A stretch of DNA of 64,000 nucleotides. It comes from an uncultured Chloroflexia bacterium. GTDB lineage: Bacteria; Chloroflexota; Limnocylindria; Limnocylindrales; CSP1-4. Under the pieces are notes generated by a model. That model made no database searches and was not told the origin of the DNA. It worked only from the letters and a program-made list of their open reading frames with translations. Of the stretch, positions 39,296-48,820 are shown piece by piece; the stretch's first letter is position 1, and each line of letters begins with the position of its first letter. The translations under genes were made by a program, and so were the position numbers. The stretch lies in assembly GCA_963766735.1 (NCBI GenBank), contig CAVYBU010000008.1, forward strand, positions 96,001 to 160,000, written 5' to 3'.

Positions 39296-40675
39296 CTAGC
39301 GGGCCAGAGGCGCGAAGACCGCCGTGAAATGCCGGAGCGCAGTCGGCTGCTTCGGGATCCGGTAGCCGCGCAGGCTCGATGCCCGTGACGCCACGTCCCT
39401 GGCCACCTCGATCACGTAGTCCACGTGACTCTGGGTGTACGTCCGGCGCGGGATGGCGAGGCGCACCAGGTCCATCGCCGCGGGCGTCTCGGTCCCGTCC
39501 GGGTGGAGCCCGAACATCACGGTGCCGATCTCACACCCGCGGATGCCGCCGGCGCGGTACAGCTCGACCGCAAGCGCCTGGCCCGGGTACTCGAGCGGCG
39601 GGATGTGGGGGAGCATCGCCCGCGCATCGAGGTAGATGGCGTGGCCGCCGAACGGCTTGACCAGGGGGATCCCGGCCGCGTCCAGCGCGTCGCCCAGGTA
39701 GGCCGTGGACGTGATCCGGTAGCGCAGGTAGTCCTCGTCCACGACCTCCTTCAGCCCCTGGGCGATAGCCTCGAGATCGCGTCCGGCCAGCCCGCCGTAG
39801 GTCGGGAAGCCCTCGGTCAGGATGAGGAGGTTGCGACACCTCTCCGCCAGGCCGTCATCGTTCATGGCCAGCCAGCCGCCGATGTTCGCCATCCCGTCCT
39901 TCTTGGCCGACATCGTCATCCCGTCGGCCAGGCCGCCGATCTCACGGATGATGTCGATGACCGGACGGTCCGCCTGCCCCGGCTCGCGGGTCTTGATGAG
40001 CCACGCGTTCTCGGCGAAGCGGCAGCCATCCAGGAACAGGGGCTTGCCGAAGCGGTCGCACACCTCGCGCACCGCGTGCAGGTTGGCCAGGCTGACCGGC
40101 TGGCCGCCGCCCGAGTTGTTGGTGATGGTGACGACGACGACGGGGATGTCGTCACCGCGGGCCGTCAGCAGCGCCTCGAGCGCCGCGACGTCCATGTTGC
40201 CCTTGAACGGGTGGACCAGGGCGGGCTGGCGCCCCTCGGCGATCACGAGGTCCACCGCGTCGGCGCCGGTGAACTCCACGTTGGCGCGGGTCGTGTCGAA
40301 GTGGGTGTTGTTCGGGATGACCTTGCCGGGCCCGCCGATCGCGGTGAACAGGATCTTCTCGGCCGCACGCCCCTGGTGGGTGGGGATGACGTGCCGGAAC
40401 GGGAACAGGTTCTGTACGGCCTCGAGGAACACGAACCAGGACGGACTGCCCGCGTAGCTCTCGTCGCCGTGCTGGATGGCCGCCCACTGGTCCCGGCTCA
40501 TGGCGCCGGTGCCCGAGTCCGTCAGGAGGTCGATGAGGACGTCGTCGGCGTGAAGGCTGAACAGGTTCCAGCCTGCGGCCTCGAGGGCGCGCTCGCGCTC
40601 GGCCTCCGTGGTGAGCCGGATGGGCTCGACGGCGTGGATGCGGAAGGGTTCGATGATCGTCTGCCAGCGGTCCAT
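39296..40675 (-). CDS. tnaA: Tryptophanase (beta-eliminating lyase)
   Basis: DLLTDSGT, HQGRAAE, MSAKKDG (PLP Lys), RLAIPRR, and C-terminal LRHFTA (His as in TnaA; Tpl has Phe). Confidence 0.88.
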   Translation of the reverse strand: MDRWQTIIEPFRIHAVEPIRLTTEAERERALEAAGWNLFSLHADDVLIDLLTDSGTGAMSRDQWAAIQHGDESYAGSPSWFVFLEAVQNLFPFRHVIPTHQGRAAEKILFTAIGGPGKVIPNNTHFDTTRANVEFTGADAVDLVIAEGRQPALVHPFKGNMDVAALEALLTARGDDIPVVVVTITNNSGGGQPVSLANLHAVREVCDRFGKPLFLDGCRFAENAWLIKTREPGQADRPVIDIIREIGGLADGMTMSAKKDGMANIGGWLAMNDDGLAERCRNLLILTEGFPTYGGLAGRDLEAIAQGLKEVVDEDYLRYRITSTAYLGDALDAAGIPLVKPFGGHAIYLDARAMLPHIPPLEYPGQALAVELYRAGGIRGCEIGTVMFGLHPDGTETPAAMDLVRLAIPRRTYTQSHVDYVIEVARDVASRASSLRGYRIPKQPTALRHFTAVFAPLAR

Positions 40676-40874
40676 CGGTCGAGGATACGCCGCGATGGGT
40701 GATGGAGGCGGCCCGGAGTCGCGGTGCTGGCCATGCGACCGGACGCCGGCTGATCGTCGGCAGCGCGACGTGTTGGCCCATGCCAAACTCAGTCCTAGCG
40801 GACGACATCACCGGACCGTGAACGCCGCCCGCCCCGTGCCGTATCCGACCCTCGAGCACAACGAGGACACCCGC

Positions 40875-42569
40875 GTGGAATCCCCAGGCGCCACGGGCGC
40901 AGCGATGCACGAGTCCGGCCGCGGCCGCTGGCTGGGCCTGGCGATGCTGAGCCTGGGCGTGTCCATGATCATCGTGGACACGACGATCGTGAACGTGGCC
41001 GTCCCGTCCATGATCCGCGACCTGGACCTGGACTCCACCACGGCCGAGTGGATCAACACCGTCTACGCGCTGGTCTTCGCGGCTCTCCTGATCACGCTCG
41101 GGCGCATTGGCGACCTCGTCGGCCGCCGGAAGCTGTACCTCCTCGGCCTGATCGTGTTCGGGATCGCATCCGTCATGGCCGGCCTGTCCCAATCGGGCGA
41201 GATGCTGATCCTCGCCCGCGTGCTGCAGGGCGTCGGCGGCGCGATGATCCTGCCGGCGACACAATCGATCCTGAACACGAACTTCCGGGGCCGGGATCGC
41301 GCGATCGCGTTCGGCATCTGGGGCGCCATGATCGGTGGCATGGCCGCAGTCGGGCCGCTCATCGGCGGCTGGCTGACCACCTACCTGTCCTGGCGCTGGG
41401 CGTTCTTCATCAACATCCCGGTGGCGCTCATCGCGATTGCCGGCACCCTCCGCTACATCGGCGAATCAAGGGACGAGGGCGCGCAGTCCGGGCTCGATCC
41501 CATCGGCTTCCTGCTGATCACCAGCGGCCTCGGGGCGTTCGTTTTCGGGCTCATCGAGGGCCGCAGCTACGGCTGGTGGGAGCCCACCAGGCCGTTCGAG
41601 ATCCTCGGCTGGACCTGGCCGTTGGAGAACATCTCGATCATCCCGTTCCTGCTCGCCTACGGCGTCCTGGCGCTGGCGATCTTCCTCGTCGTCGAGGGCC
41701 GCCGGTCCCGCGCAGGCAAGTTCTTCCTGTTCGACGTCGGCCTCTGGCTGTACCCGGCGTTCCGCTACGGGAACCTGGCTGGCACGATCGTTGCCCTGGG
41801 CGAGTTCGGCCTCCTGTTCGCGCTCCCGCTGTTCCTGCAGGCGGTCGTCGGCTACAGCGCGTTCGAGACGGGGCTCGTGTTCCTCGCGCTCGCGCTTGGC
41901 GCGTTCTTCGCAGCGCCCGTGTCGGCGCGGCTGGCGCACAAGTACGGTCCGCGGCGCGCGGTGACCCTGGGTATGGCCCTCGAGGCCGTGGGCATCATCA
42001 GCACATCCCTGCTCATCTCCTCAACCGTGAGCGGCCTCCAGCTGGCCGTGCCCCTGTTCGTGTACGGGGTCGGCGTTGGCCTCGCGACGGCGCAGCTGAC
42101 CAGCATCGTCCTGTCTGACATCCCGCCGGAGCGATCGGGCCTGGCCTCGGGGGCGAACTCCACGATGCGCCAGGTCGGCTCCGCGCTGGGTATCGCGATC
42201 CTGGGAACGGTCCTGTTCACCGCTCTCGGGAACGGCGTCCACGAGAACCTGTCGGCTGTTCCCGGCATCCCGCCCGCTGCAGTGGATGGCGTGGCCGAGG
42301 CGATGGAGCAGTCCGCGGGCCAGGCGCTGGTGGCAATCCGGCTTGAGCCCCAGTACGCGGCGGCTGTCGAGCCGATCGAGCAGGCCTTTGTGGACGCCAC
42401 CCGGCTCGCCGGGTTCGTCGCGAGCGGCTTCGTGCTGGTGGGGGTCGTCCTCACCCTCCTGCTGCCGGAGATGCCGCACGACCGGCTGCCGGAGCGTGAG
42501 CCCGTGGAGGACGGGGACGAGGCCGAAGAACCAGCGGACCCCGACAAGGTGGAGCCGGTGCCCGCCTGA
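40875..42569 (+). CDS. MFS transporter, DHA2 (EmrB/QacA) family
   Basis: DTTIVNVA.P, GRIGDLVGRRK, WRWAFFINIP; alternative start 40905. Confidence 0.92.
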   Translation: MESPGATGAAMHESGRGRWLGLAMLSLGVSMIIVDTTIVNVAVPSMIRDLDLDSTTAEWINTVYALVFAALLITLGRIGDLVGRRKLYLLGLIVFGIASVMAGLSQSGEMLILARVLQGVGGAMILPATQSILNTNFRGRDRAIAFGIWGAMIGGMAAVGPLIGGWLTTYLSWRWAFFINIPVALIAIAGTLRYIGESRDEGAQSGLDPIGFLLITSGLGAFVFGLIEGRSYGWWEPTRPFEILGWTWPLENISIIPFLLAYGVLALAIFLVVEGRRSRAGKFFLFDVGLWLYPAFRYGNLAGTIVALGEFGLLFALPLFLQAVVGYSAFETGLVFLALALGAFFAAPVSARLAHKYGPRRAVTLGMALEAVGIISTSLLISSTVSGLQLAVPLFVYGVGVGLATAQLTSIVLSDIPPERSGLASGANSTMRQVGSALGIAILGTVLFTALGNGVHENLSAVPGIPPAAVDGVAEAMEQSAGQALVAIRLEPQYAAAVEPIEQAFVDATRLAGFVASGFVLVGVVLTLLLPEMPHDRLPEREPVEDGDEAEEPADPDKVEPVPA

Positions 42570-42686
42570 TCGAAGGGTTGCTGGCCGCGGGTCGGGTGCT
42601 CCCCGACGCGCCCCCCTGACCCGGTGCCGCTCGCGCTGCCCCATCTGCGCTGCTCCGCGTCGCGGCGCGCGAGGTACGCTGCGGGC

Positions 42687-42977
42687 ATGTGTCGCAGCAT
42701 CCGCCAGCTCCGCCGGGTCGAGGATGCCGGACCCGCCACCACGGGCGAGGCCCAGGCAGCCGCCCTCCAGTACGTCCGCAAGGTCAGCGGCTATCGCGCG
42801 CCCGCGGCCCGCAACGAAGCCGCCTTCCGGGAGGCCGTGGATGAGATCGCGGCCGCCACGGAGCGCCTCCTCCAGGCGATCGGCACGCCCGTGGCCGAGG
42901 GACCCGATCCGTTCGCCGACCCGGTGACCCGCGCCGCAATCCTCGCGGCGCGCCCGGCCCCGCGGGCGCGGGCGTGA
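42687..42977 (+). CDS. DUF2277 family protein
   Basis: MCRSI..L, AAALQYVRKVSG, N..AF..AVDEIA. Confidence 0.88.
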   Translation: MCRSIRQLRRVEDAGPATTGEAQAAALQYVRKVSGYRAPAARNEAAFREAVDEIAAATERLLQAIGTPVAEGPDPFADPVTRAAILAARPAPRARA

Positions 42978-44272
42978 GCAACGCCCCGGGCGTGGACATG
43001 AGCCACGGCGCGGCACCGGCGCCCGCGCGTCCGGCACCGGCACCGGCGTGGTGGCGGCGCCCCGGGCTGGATGTCTCGGACGACCGGCTCGTGCTCAACG
43101 GCGCGGACCTCGAGGCCCTGGCGCGCACGCACGGCACGCCCCTGTTCGTCTACGACCTGGCCCGGCCGGTCGAGAACGTGCGGACGCTCCAGGCGGCGCT
43201 GACCCGCGCCGGCGTCCCGTTCGTCACGCGCTTCGCGCTCAAGTCCTGCCCGGACCCCAGGATCCTCGCCGTGCTTCGGCGCATGGGCGAGCCCGGCTCT
43301 CCGTCCGCCGTGGGGATCGACGCCTGCTCGCCCGGCGAGGTCCTCCACGCCCTCGCCAACGGTTGGGAGCCGGACGAGATCAGCCACACGGGCACGAACG
43401 TCTCCGAACGCGACCTGGACGTGCTCCTGGCGCACCCGATCCGGCTCAACCTCGACGGGGTCAGCCAGCTCGAGCGCGTCGGTCGCCGGTCGCCCGGCCG
43501 GACCGTTGGGATGCGGATCAACCCGGGGGCGGGTGCGGGCTACACCGAACACCTCGCCTATGCCGGGGAGCGGCCGACCAAGTTCGGCGTGACCGAAGAC
43601 CGGCTGGACGATGCGATCGCCGCCGCGCGCCGGTACGGACTGGTCGTGGACACGCTGCATTTCCACGCCGGGTCCGGCTGGCTGGGCCAGCAGCTGGATG
43701 GTTTCGAGGCCGCCCTCACCCGTGCCACGTGGTTCCTGGACCGGCTCCTGGACGCCGGTCTTCCGATCCGGGAGGTCAACGTCGGCGGTGGCCTGGGCAG
43801 GATCGCCCGCGACGGCGAGTTCCCAGTTGACCTGGACGCCTACGCGAGAACGATCCGCCGCCACCTGGAGCCGTACGGGGTGACCGCGGCGTTCGAGCCG
43901 GGCGACTTCGTGGTGAAGGACGCGGCCGTGCTCCTGGGCGAGGTCGTGACCGTGGAGCGCCGGGGTGAGACGACGTTCGTCGGGCTGGACATCGGGTGGA
44001 ACGTCAACTGCGCGTACTTCATCTACCGCTACGCCCAGGAGATCCTCCCGGTCCGGGACCCGCTCCGCGAGCGCACCCAGGTGGTCACGATTGCAGGGCA
44101 CATCAACGAGGCGGGCGACGTGTTCGCGGAGGACTACGCGTTCCCGGACGTCGCCGAGGGCGAGGTGGTGGCGATCCTCAACGCGGGCGGCTACCTGCAG
44201 GCGATGTCGATGACGCATTGTCTGCGGCCGGTCGGGCAGGCGATCTACCTGGAGCGAGAGCCCGCGGTGTGA
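42974..44272 (+). CDS. lysA: Diaminopimelate decarboxylase-like fold III PLP decarboxylase
   Basis: GTPLFVYD, FALK, KFG, H.GS, NVGGG, EPG, GGY; atypical GHINEAGD motif. Confidence 0.65.
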   Translation: MSNAPGVDMSHGAAPAPARPAPAPAWWRRPGLDVSDDRLVLNGADLEALARTHGTPLFVYDLARPVENVRTLQAALTRAGVPFVTRFALKSCPDPRILAVLRRMGEPGSPSAVGIDACSPGEVLHALANGWEPDEISHTGTNVSERDLDVLLAHPIRLNLDGVSQLERVGRRSPGRTVGMRINPGAGAGYTEHLAYAGERPTKFGVTEDRLDDAIAAARRYGLVVDTLHFHAGSGWLGQQLDGFEAALTRATWFLDRLLDAGLPIREVNVGGGLGRIARDGEFPVDLDAYARTIRRHLEPYGVTAAFEPGDFVVKDAAVLLGEVVTVERRGETTFVGLDIGWNVNCAYFIYRYAQEILPVRDPLRERTQVVTIAGHINEAGDVFAEDYAFPDVAEGEVVAILNAGGYLQAMSMTHCLRPVGQAIYLEREPAV

Positions 44273-44502
44273 CGGACTGGGCGAGATAGTGTGCGTCGGG
44301 TGCCCGCTCGCCAGCGCGTAGGCACCGTGCCCGCTCGCCAACCGCTGCCATGCGATTGTTCTCTGTGAGCGAACGGCTCATCCTCGGGGGCGGGGTCTTC
44401 CACGACCCGGGGCACGGATCGGCGCCGTCGGCCGGCGGCAACCGCCGATGCGCCCCCAGGCTCTCCGGGGACACGTCACGGTACCCGCGATAGCATCCGC
44501 CC

Positions 44503-45364
44503 ATGACCACCCAGCCCGCGGACCCCTCCCTCGAGCGCCGCGCCACCCGCGCCGTCATCACGGCGTACCGCGCCGGCCGCGTCGAGACGCGCGAGGATCG
44601 CCTGTCGGGTGAGGAGCCCATGGCCATTCGCGTCTGCGGGCCTGGCCAGGCTCCCGTGGACGTCGCGGTGACCATGCGCACGCCCGGCAACGAGTCGGAG
44701 CTGGCGGCCGGGTTCCTCCGCACGGAGGGTCTGCTGGAGGATCCGGCGGACATCGTCGCAATCGAGGTTGCGGATCCGGCCACGCACGCCCACCCGGACG
44801 ACGACGTCATCGTCCGCTTGGCCCACCCGTTCGATGCCACGCGGATCGCCGCCCGCAACTTCGTGGCCACCGCGTCGTGCGGGATCTGTGGCAAGGCCTC
44901 CCTCGACGATGTCCAGGTCCGCTGCCGTCCGATCCCGGATGGCCCGGTGGTGACGCCTGAGACGCTCCTCGCGCTCCCGGGACGGTTGCGGGCGGCCCAG
45001 GACGTGTTCACCGCGACGGGCGGCATCCACGCCGCGGGCCTCTTCGACGCCGCGGGCGAGCTGCTCGATGTCAAGGAGGATGTTGGCCGCCACAATGCGC
45101 TGGACAAGCTCATCGGTGGCCGCTTCCTTGCCGGCGAGCTCCCGCTGAACGATCGCATCGTCCTCGTCTCGGGCCGCGCCAGCTTCGAGCTGGTCCAGAA
45201 GGCCGCGGTCGCCGGCATCCCGATCCTCGCCGCGGTGTCCGCCCCGAGCGATCTCGCGGTCGAGGCGGCGGAGCGGCTGGGTGTCACCCTGATCGGGTTC
45301 CTGCGCGCGGACGGCTTCAACGTCTACGCCCGACCCGGACCGGGTCGCGGTCGGGCCGGCGTAG
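44503..45364 (+). CDS. fdhD: Formate dehydrogenase accessory sulfurtransferase FdhD (frameshift near 45335)
   Basis: MRTPG, SCGICG, TGGIHAA, EDVGRHNALDK; removing one C gives ..FNVYARPDRVAVGPA* ending at 45364. Confidence 0.9.
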
Positions 45365-45391
45365 GGTTCGTCAGCGCCTGCGTGGGGATCG

Positions 45392-46981
45392 TCAGGGGCC
45401 GGGCGACGGCGGTGGCAGCGAAGGCGACGGCGGGGCCATCAGCGAACGCTCGAGCTCACGGTCCAGCCGGCGCTTGGTCAGCCACAGGTACGCAACCCCG
45501 AGCAGGATCAGCGCCAGGACGATCACCATCGCCGCGCGCCGGAAGTTCGTCTCATCGATCTTCGCGGTCGCGAGCGCCTTCGCGTCCCCGGCCTTGGTCA
45601 CGGCATCGGCGGACAGCTCGGCAATCGACGTGAGCTTGGTCGTGTGGACGGCCGCCTGGGCCTGGATCAGGCTCGTCTTGGCCCCGGCCAGCGCCACCTC
45701 GGCATCGGAGGTGATCATGCCCAGCCCCGCGGCATGCTGGATCTCGTCCTCCGCGTCCAGGTAGGCCTCCTCGGCGCTCGTGACCGCGTCCGAGATCCCC
45801 TCGATCTGCGAGTAGATCTGCGAATCCGGGTGGTGGCAGGTGTCGCACCGCCGGTTCTCCGGTTCCTGGAACTGGTCGAGCTCCAGGCGCAGCGTGTGGT
45901 TCTGCAGGTCATGGCACGTGACGCAGGCGTAGTCGGGCGGCGTGGGATGGAAGAAGAGCTCCGAACTCGGCTTGGTGACATCGTGGGTGCCGTGGCAGGT
46001 CCAGCACTTCGGGGCCACGGCCTGCAGCTCCGAGTGGCGGCTCTCCATGTACAGGTCCTGGGTCGCCGTGTGGCACTTGCCGCACACGTCGACCACGGTC
46101 GTCGACGTTGGCGGCTGGGCGTCGTGGGAGCCGTGGCAGCCCACGCAGGACGGTGCGCGAAGGTCCTTGTTGTCCAGGAGCGCGTGACCGTGAACGCTCT
46201 TGGAATAGACGTCGTACTGGTCGGTGGGGATCCCGTACGGCTCCATGCGCTTGGCGTCGGCGTGGCAGCTGGCGCACAGCTCCGGCACGTTGAGCGCAAA
46301 GGTCTTGGCCGTCGGGTCAGAGACCTTCTTGACGTCGTGCACCCCGTGGCAGTCGCTGCAGACGGCGACGCGAACGTCGTTGTTGACGATCAGCTGCTGG
46401 CCGTGGACGCTGGACCAGTACTTCGCGTACTGGTCGGTCGGCAGGCCGGACGCCTTCATCGTGTCGACGCTGGCGTGGCAGCTGCCGCACAGCCCCACCG
46501 TCCCCTGGCGGTCGGGCGCCCCCACGAAGCCGATCGCCGGGTCCATCGCCTTGGTGATCTGGTCCGATCCGGGATCGCCGCCGTGGCAGTCGGCGCAGGT
46601 CACGCCGCCCTGGCCATGGACGCTGTCCTGCCATTGGGCCGCGATATCCGCCTGCTTCGCGTTGACCGCGTTGTGGCAGTCGTAGCAGCCGTTCTCGCCC
46701 CCACCATCCGGGTGGGCGACCTGCGGCGGAACCGGCGGCGCGGTGGCAGGGGGGATCGTCGCCGTTGGAGCCGGCGTCGCGTACATCCACTCGGTGTCCG
46801 ACGGGCCGGGCGTCTGGGCGGCGGGCGCCGAAGCTGATGGGGACGGGGACCCCGCGGCGGCCGCCGACGGGCTCGGGCTCTCAGCGGAGGCCGAGAACGC
46901 GACCGCGAACCACGCGAGGCCGGCGAGGGCGAGCGTGCCGCCGAGCCGGACGAGCCGGCGCACCCTGGGCTGGTGGAGCAT
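45392..46981 (-). CDS. Decaheme c-type cytochrome, signal peptide plus C-terminal TM anchor
   Basis: 10 CxxCH (CYDCH, CADCH, CGSCH, CSDCH, CASCH, CVGCH, CGKCH, CWTCH, CVTCH, CDTCH). Confidence 0.93.
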   Translation of the reverse strand: MLHQPRVRRLVRLGGTLALAGLAWFAVAFSASAESPSPSAAAAGSPSPSASAPAAQTPGPSDTEWMYATPAPTATIPPATAPPVPPQVAHPDGGGENGCYDCHNAVNAKQADIAAQWQDSVHGQGGVTCADCHGGDPGSDQITKAMDPAIGFVGAPDRQGTVGLCGSCHASVDTMKASGLPTDQYAKYWSSVHGQQLIVNNDVRVAVCSDCHGVHDVKKVSDPTAKTFALNVPELCASCHADAKRMEPYGIPTDQYDVYSKSVHGHALLDNKDLRAPSCVGCHGSHDAQPPTSTTVVDVCGKCHTATQDLYMESRHSELQAVAPKCWTCHGTHDVTKPSSELFFHPTPPDYACVTCHDLQNHTLRLELDQFQEPENRRCDTCHHPDSQIYSQIEGISDAVTSAEEAYLDAEDEIQHAAGLGMITSDAEVALAGAKTSLIQAQAAVHTTKLTSIAELSADAVTKAGDAKALATAKIDETNFRRAAMVIVLALILLGVAYLWLTKRRLDRELERSLMAPPSPSLPPPSPGP

Positions 46982-46998
46982 CGCTGTCCTCGGTCATC

Positions 46999-48079
46999 TC
47001 AGCTGACGTAGCCCCAGATCGTGAACACGATGAGGCCGACGATCACGAGGGTGGCTCCCGCGACGGCGATCTTGCGCCGGCGCATCACGACCTCCGGGTT
47101 CCGGTCCAGGAACGGCCAGATCACGAGCACCGCGACCCCGACGATGGGCACCATGATGCCGATCACCTTGATCGGGATGACCTTGAGCAGCTGGTAGACG
47201 CCGAGGTAGTACCACTCCGGCTTCGTGTGCTCCGGCGTCTGCAGCGGGTTCGCCTGCTCCTCCAGACCGGCCGGGAAGACCGAGGCGAGGACGACCAGGA
47301 TCGCCAGCAGGACGTACCAGGCCATCAGCTCGTCGATGATGTAGTGCGGGAAGAAGGGCCGCTGGGGCTCCTTCTCGATCTCGGGCGTCATGACGCGAGG
47401 CTCGGGGCGCTTGGGGTTCGCGAGGCCGAGCTGGTGCACGAGGATGAGGTGCACGGCGAGCAGCGCCACCAGGGCCAGCGGGCAGCACCAGGACGTGGAT
47501 CCCGAAGAAGCGGGTCATCGTGTCACCCGTGACATCCGCTCCGCCCCGGAGCAGCAGCAGCAGGGAGTCACCGATGAGCGGCACGCTGCCGGCGATCTCC
47601 GTGCCCACCACCGTCGCCCAGTAGGCGAGCTGGTCCCAGGGCAGCAGGTACCCGGTGAAGCCAAAGGCGAGCGTCACCATCAGGAGCAGCGAGCCGAAGA
47701 CCCAGGTGAGCTCGCGCGGGTACTTGTACGCGGCCTGCATGTAGACCCGCACCAGGTGCAGGACCACGAACAGGATCATCAGGTTGGCGGCCCAGTGGTG
47801 GACGGACCGGATCAGCCAGCCGAAGCTGACGTCGCTGGTGATGAACTTGACGCTCTCGTAGGCGGCTTCGGGCGTCGGCTTGTAGTACAGCGCCAGCAGG
47901 GTGCCGGTGGCCGCCTGGATGCCGAACAGGAACAGGGCGATGCCGCCGAAGTAGTACGTCTTCGCTGACATCGGGATGCGGACGTGCAGGCTGGCCCTGA
48001 TGACGGGACCGATCTTCGTCCGCTGGTCGAGCCAGCTGGTGGCCTTGCCGCCGGTGGGGGCCTTTGGGGTGGCCGCCAT
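46999..48079 (-). CDS. Cytochrome b of a Rieske/cytochrome b complex, b6 and subunit IV parts fused (frameshift near 47481)
   Basis: GWLIRSVHHWAAN, FTGYLLPWDQ, RFFGIHVL; shifted frame gives AVHL..HQLG, PFFP, KPEWY. Confidence 0.9.
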
Positions 48080-48080
48080 C

Positions 48081-48596
48081 TCAGGCCTCCGTCAGGTAGA
48101 TCTGGTCGCCCTCGACCGACACGGTGATCGGCGCCAGCGGTGCCGGCGGCGGGCCCGAGACGACCACGCCGGTCGCCGGGTTGAAGCGCCCGTCGTGGCA
48201 GGGACACTGGATGGCGCCGATCATGTCGTTCCAGGCGACGACACAGCCAAGGTGCGTGCAGATCGCGGAGAAGGCCTTCACGCCCTGGTCCGTGTTGACC
48301 ACGATCGCGGGCTTGCTCCCCATCGCGACGACCTTGCCGGCCCCGGCGGGGATATCCGCGGTCGTCCCGACCAGGACCTTGCCGCCGCCCGCGGAGGCGC
48401 CGTTCTTCGAGGGGATGAGAAACCCGATGACCGGGGTCAGGACCATGGCGGCCGTGGTCACGATGGTCAGGCCGCCCAGCCAGCGCAGGAAGCCTCGCCG
48501 CGTGGTCTGGCCGTCCGCCTCAGCCGGTGGACCACCACCCTCCGTGGCCGGACCACCACCCTCCGTGACCGATCCTGCGCGGGCCTCTGGTTCCAA
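48081..48596 (-). CDS. Rieske 2Fe-2S subunit with Tat signal/anchor
   Basis: TRRGFL, CTHLGC, CPCHDGRF, SGPPPAPL; TTG start after GGAGGG. Confidence 0.92.
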   Translation of the reverse strand: MEPEARAGSVTEGGGPATEGGGPPAEADGQTTRRGFLRWLGGLTIVTTAAMVLTPVIGFLIPSKNGASAGGGKVLVGTTADIPAGAGKVVAMGSKPAIVVNTDQGVKAFSAICTHLGCVVAWNDMIGAIQCPCHDGRFNPATGVVVSGPPPAPLAPITVSVEGDQIYLTEA

Positions 48597-48820
48597 TGCG
48601 CCCTCCGGGCGACGGGAGCACCAACCGCATGGTTGCAGCCCAATGGACGGATTGTGGGCGGTTGCACGGGCACAACAACCTATGGGTCGATATAGAAAAG
48701 GCACATTCCGGGTGACACATGGCCCGCCGCCGGAATGACCAGCGGCCCTGAGGCGCGCAGGCATCCCGCAGTCGCCGGTGCTCAGGCGCGCGCAGACGCC
48801 CGGCGCTCAGGCCCGGCGGG

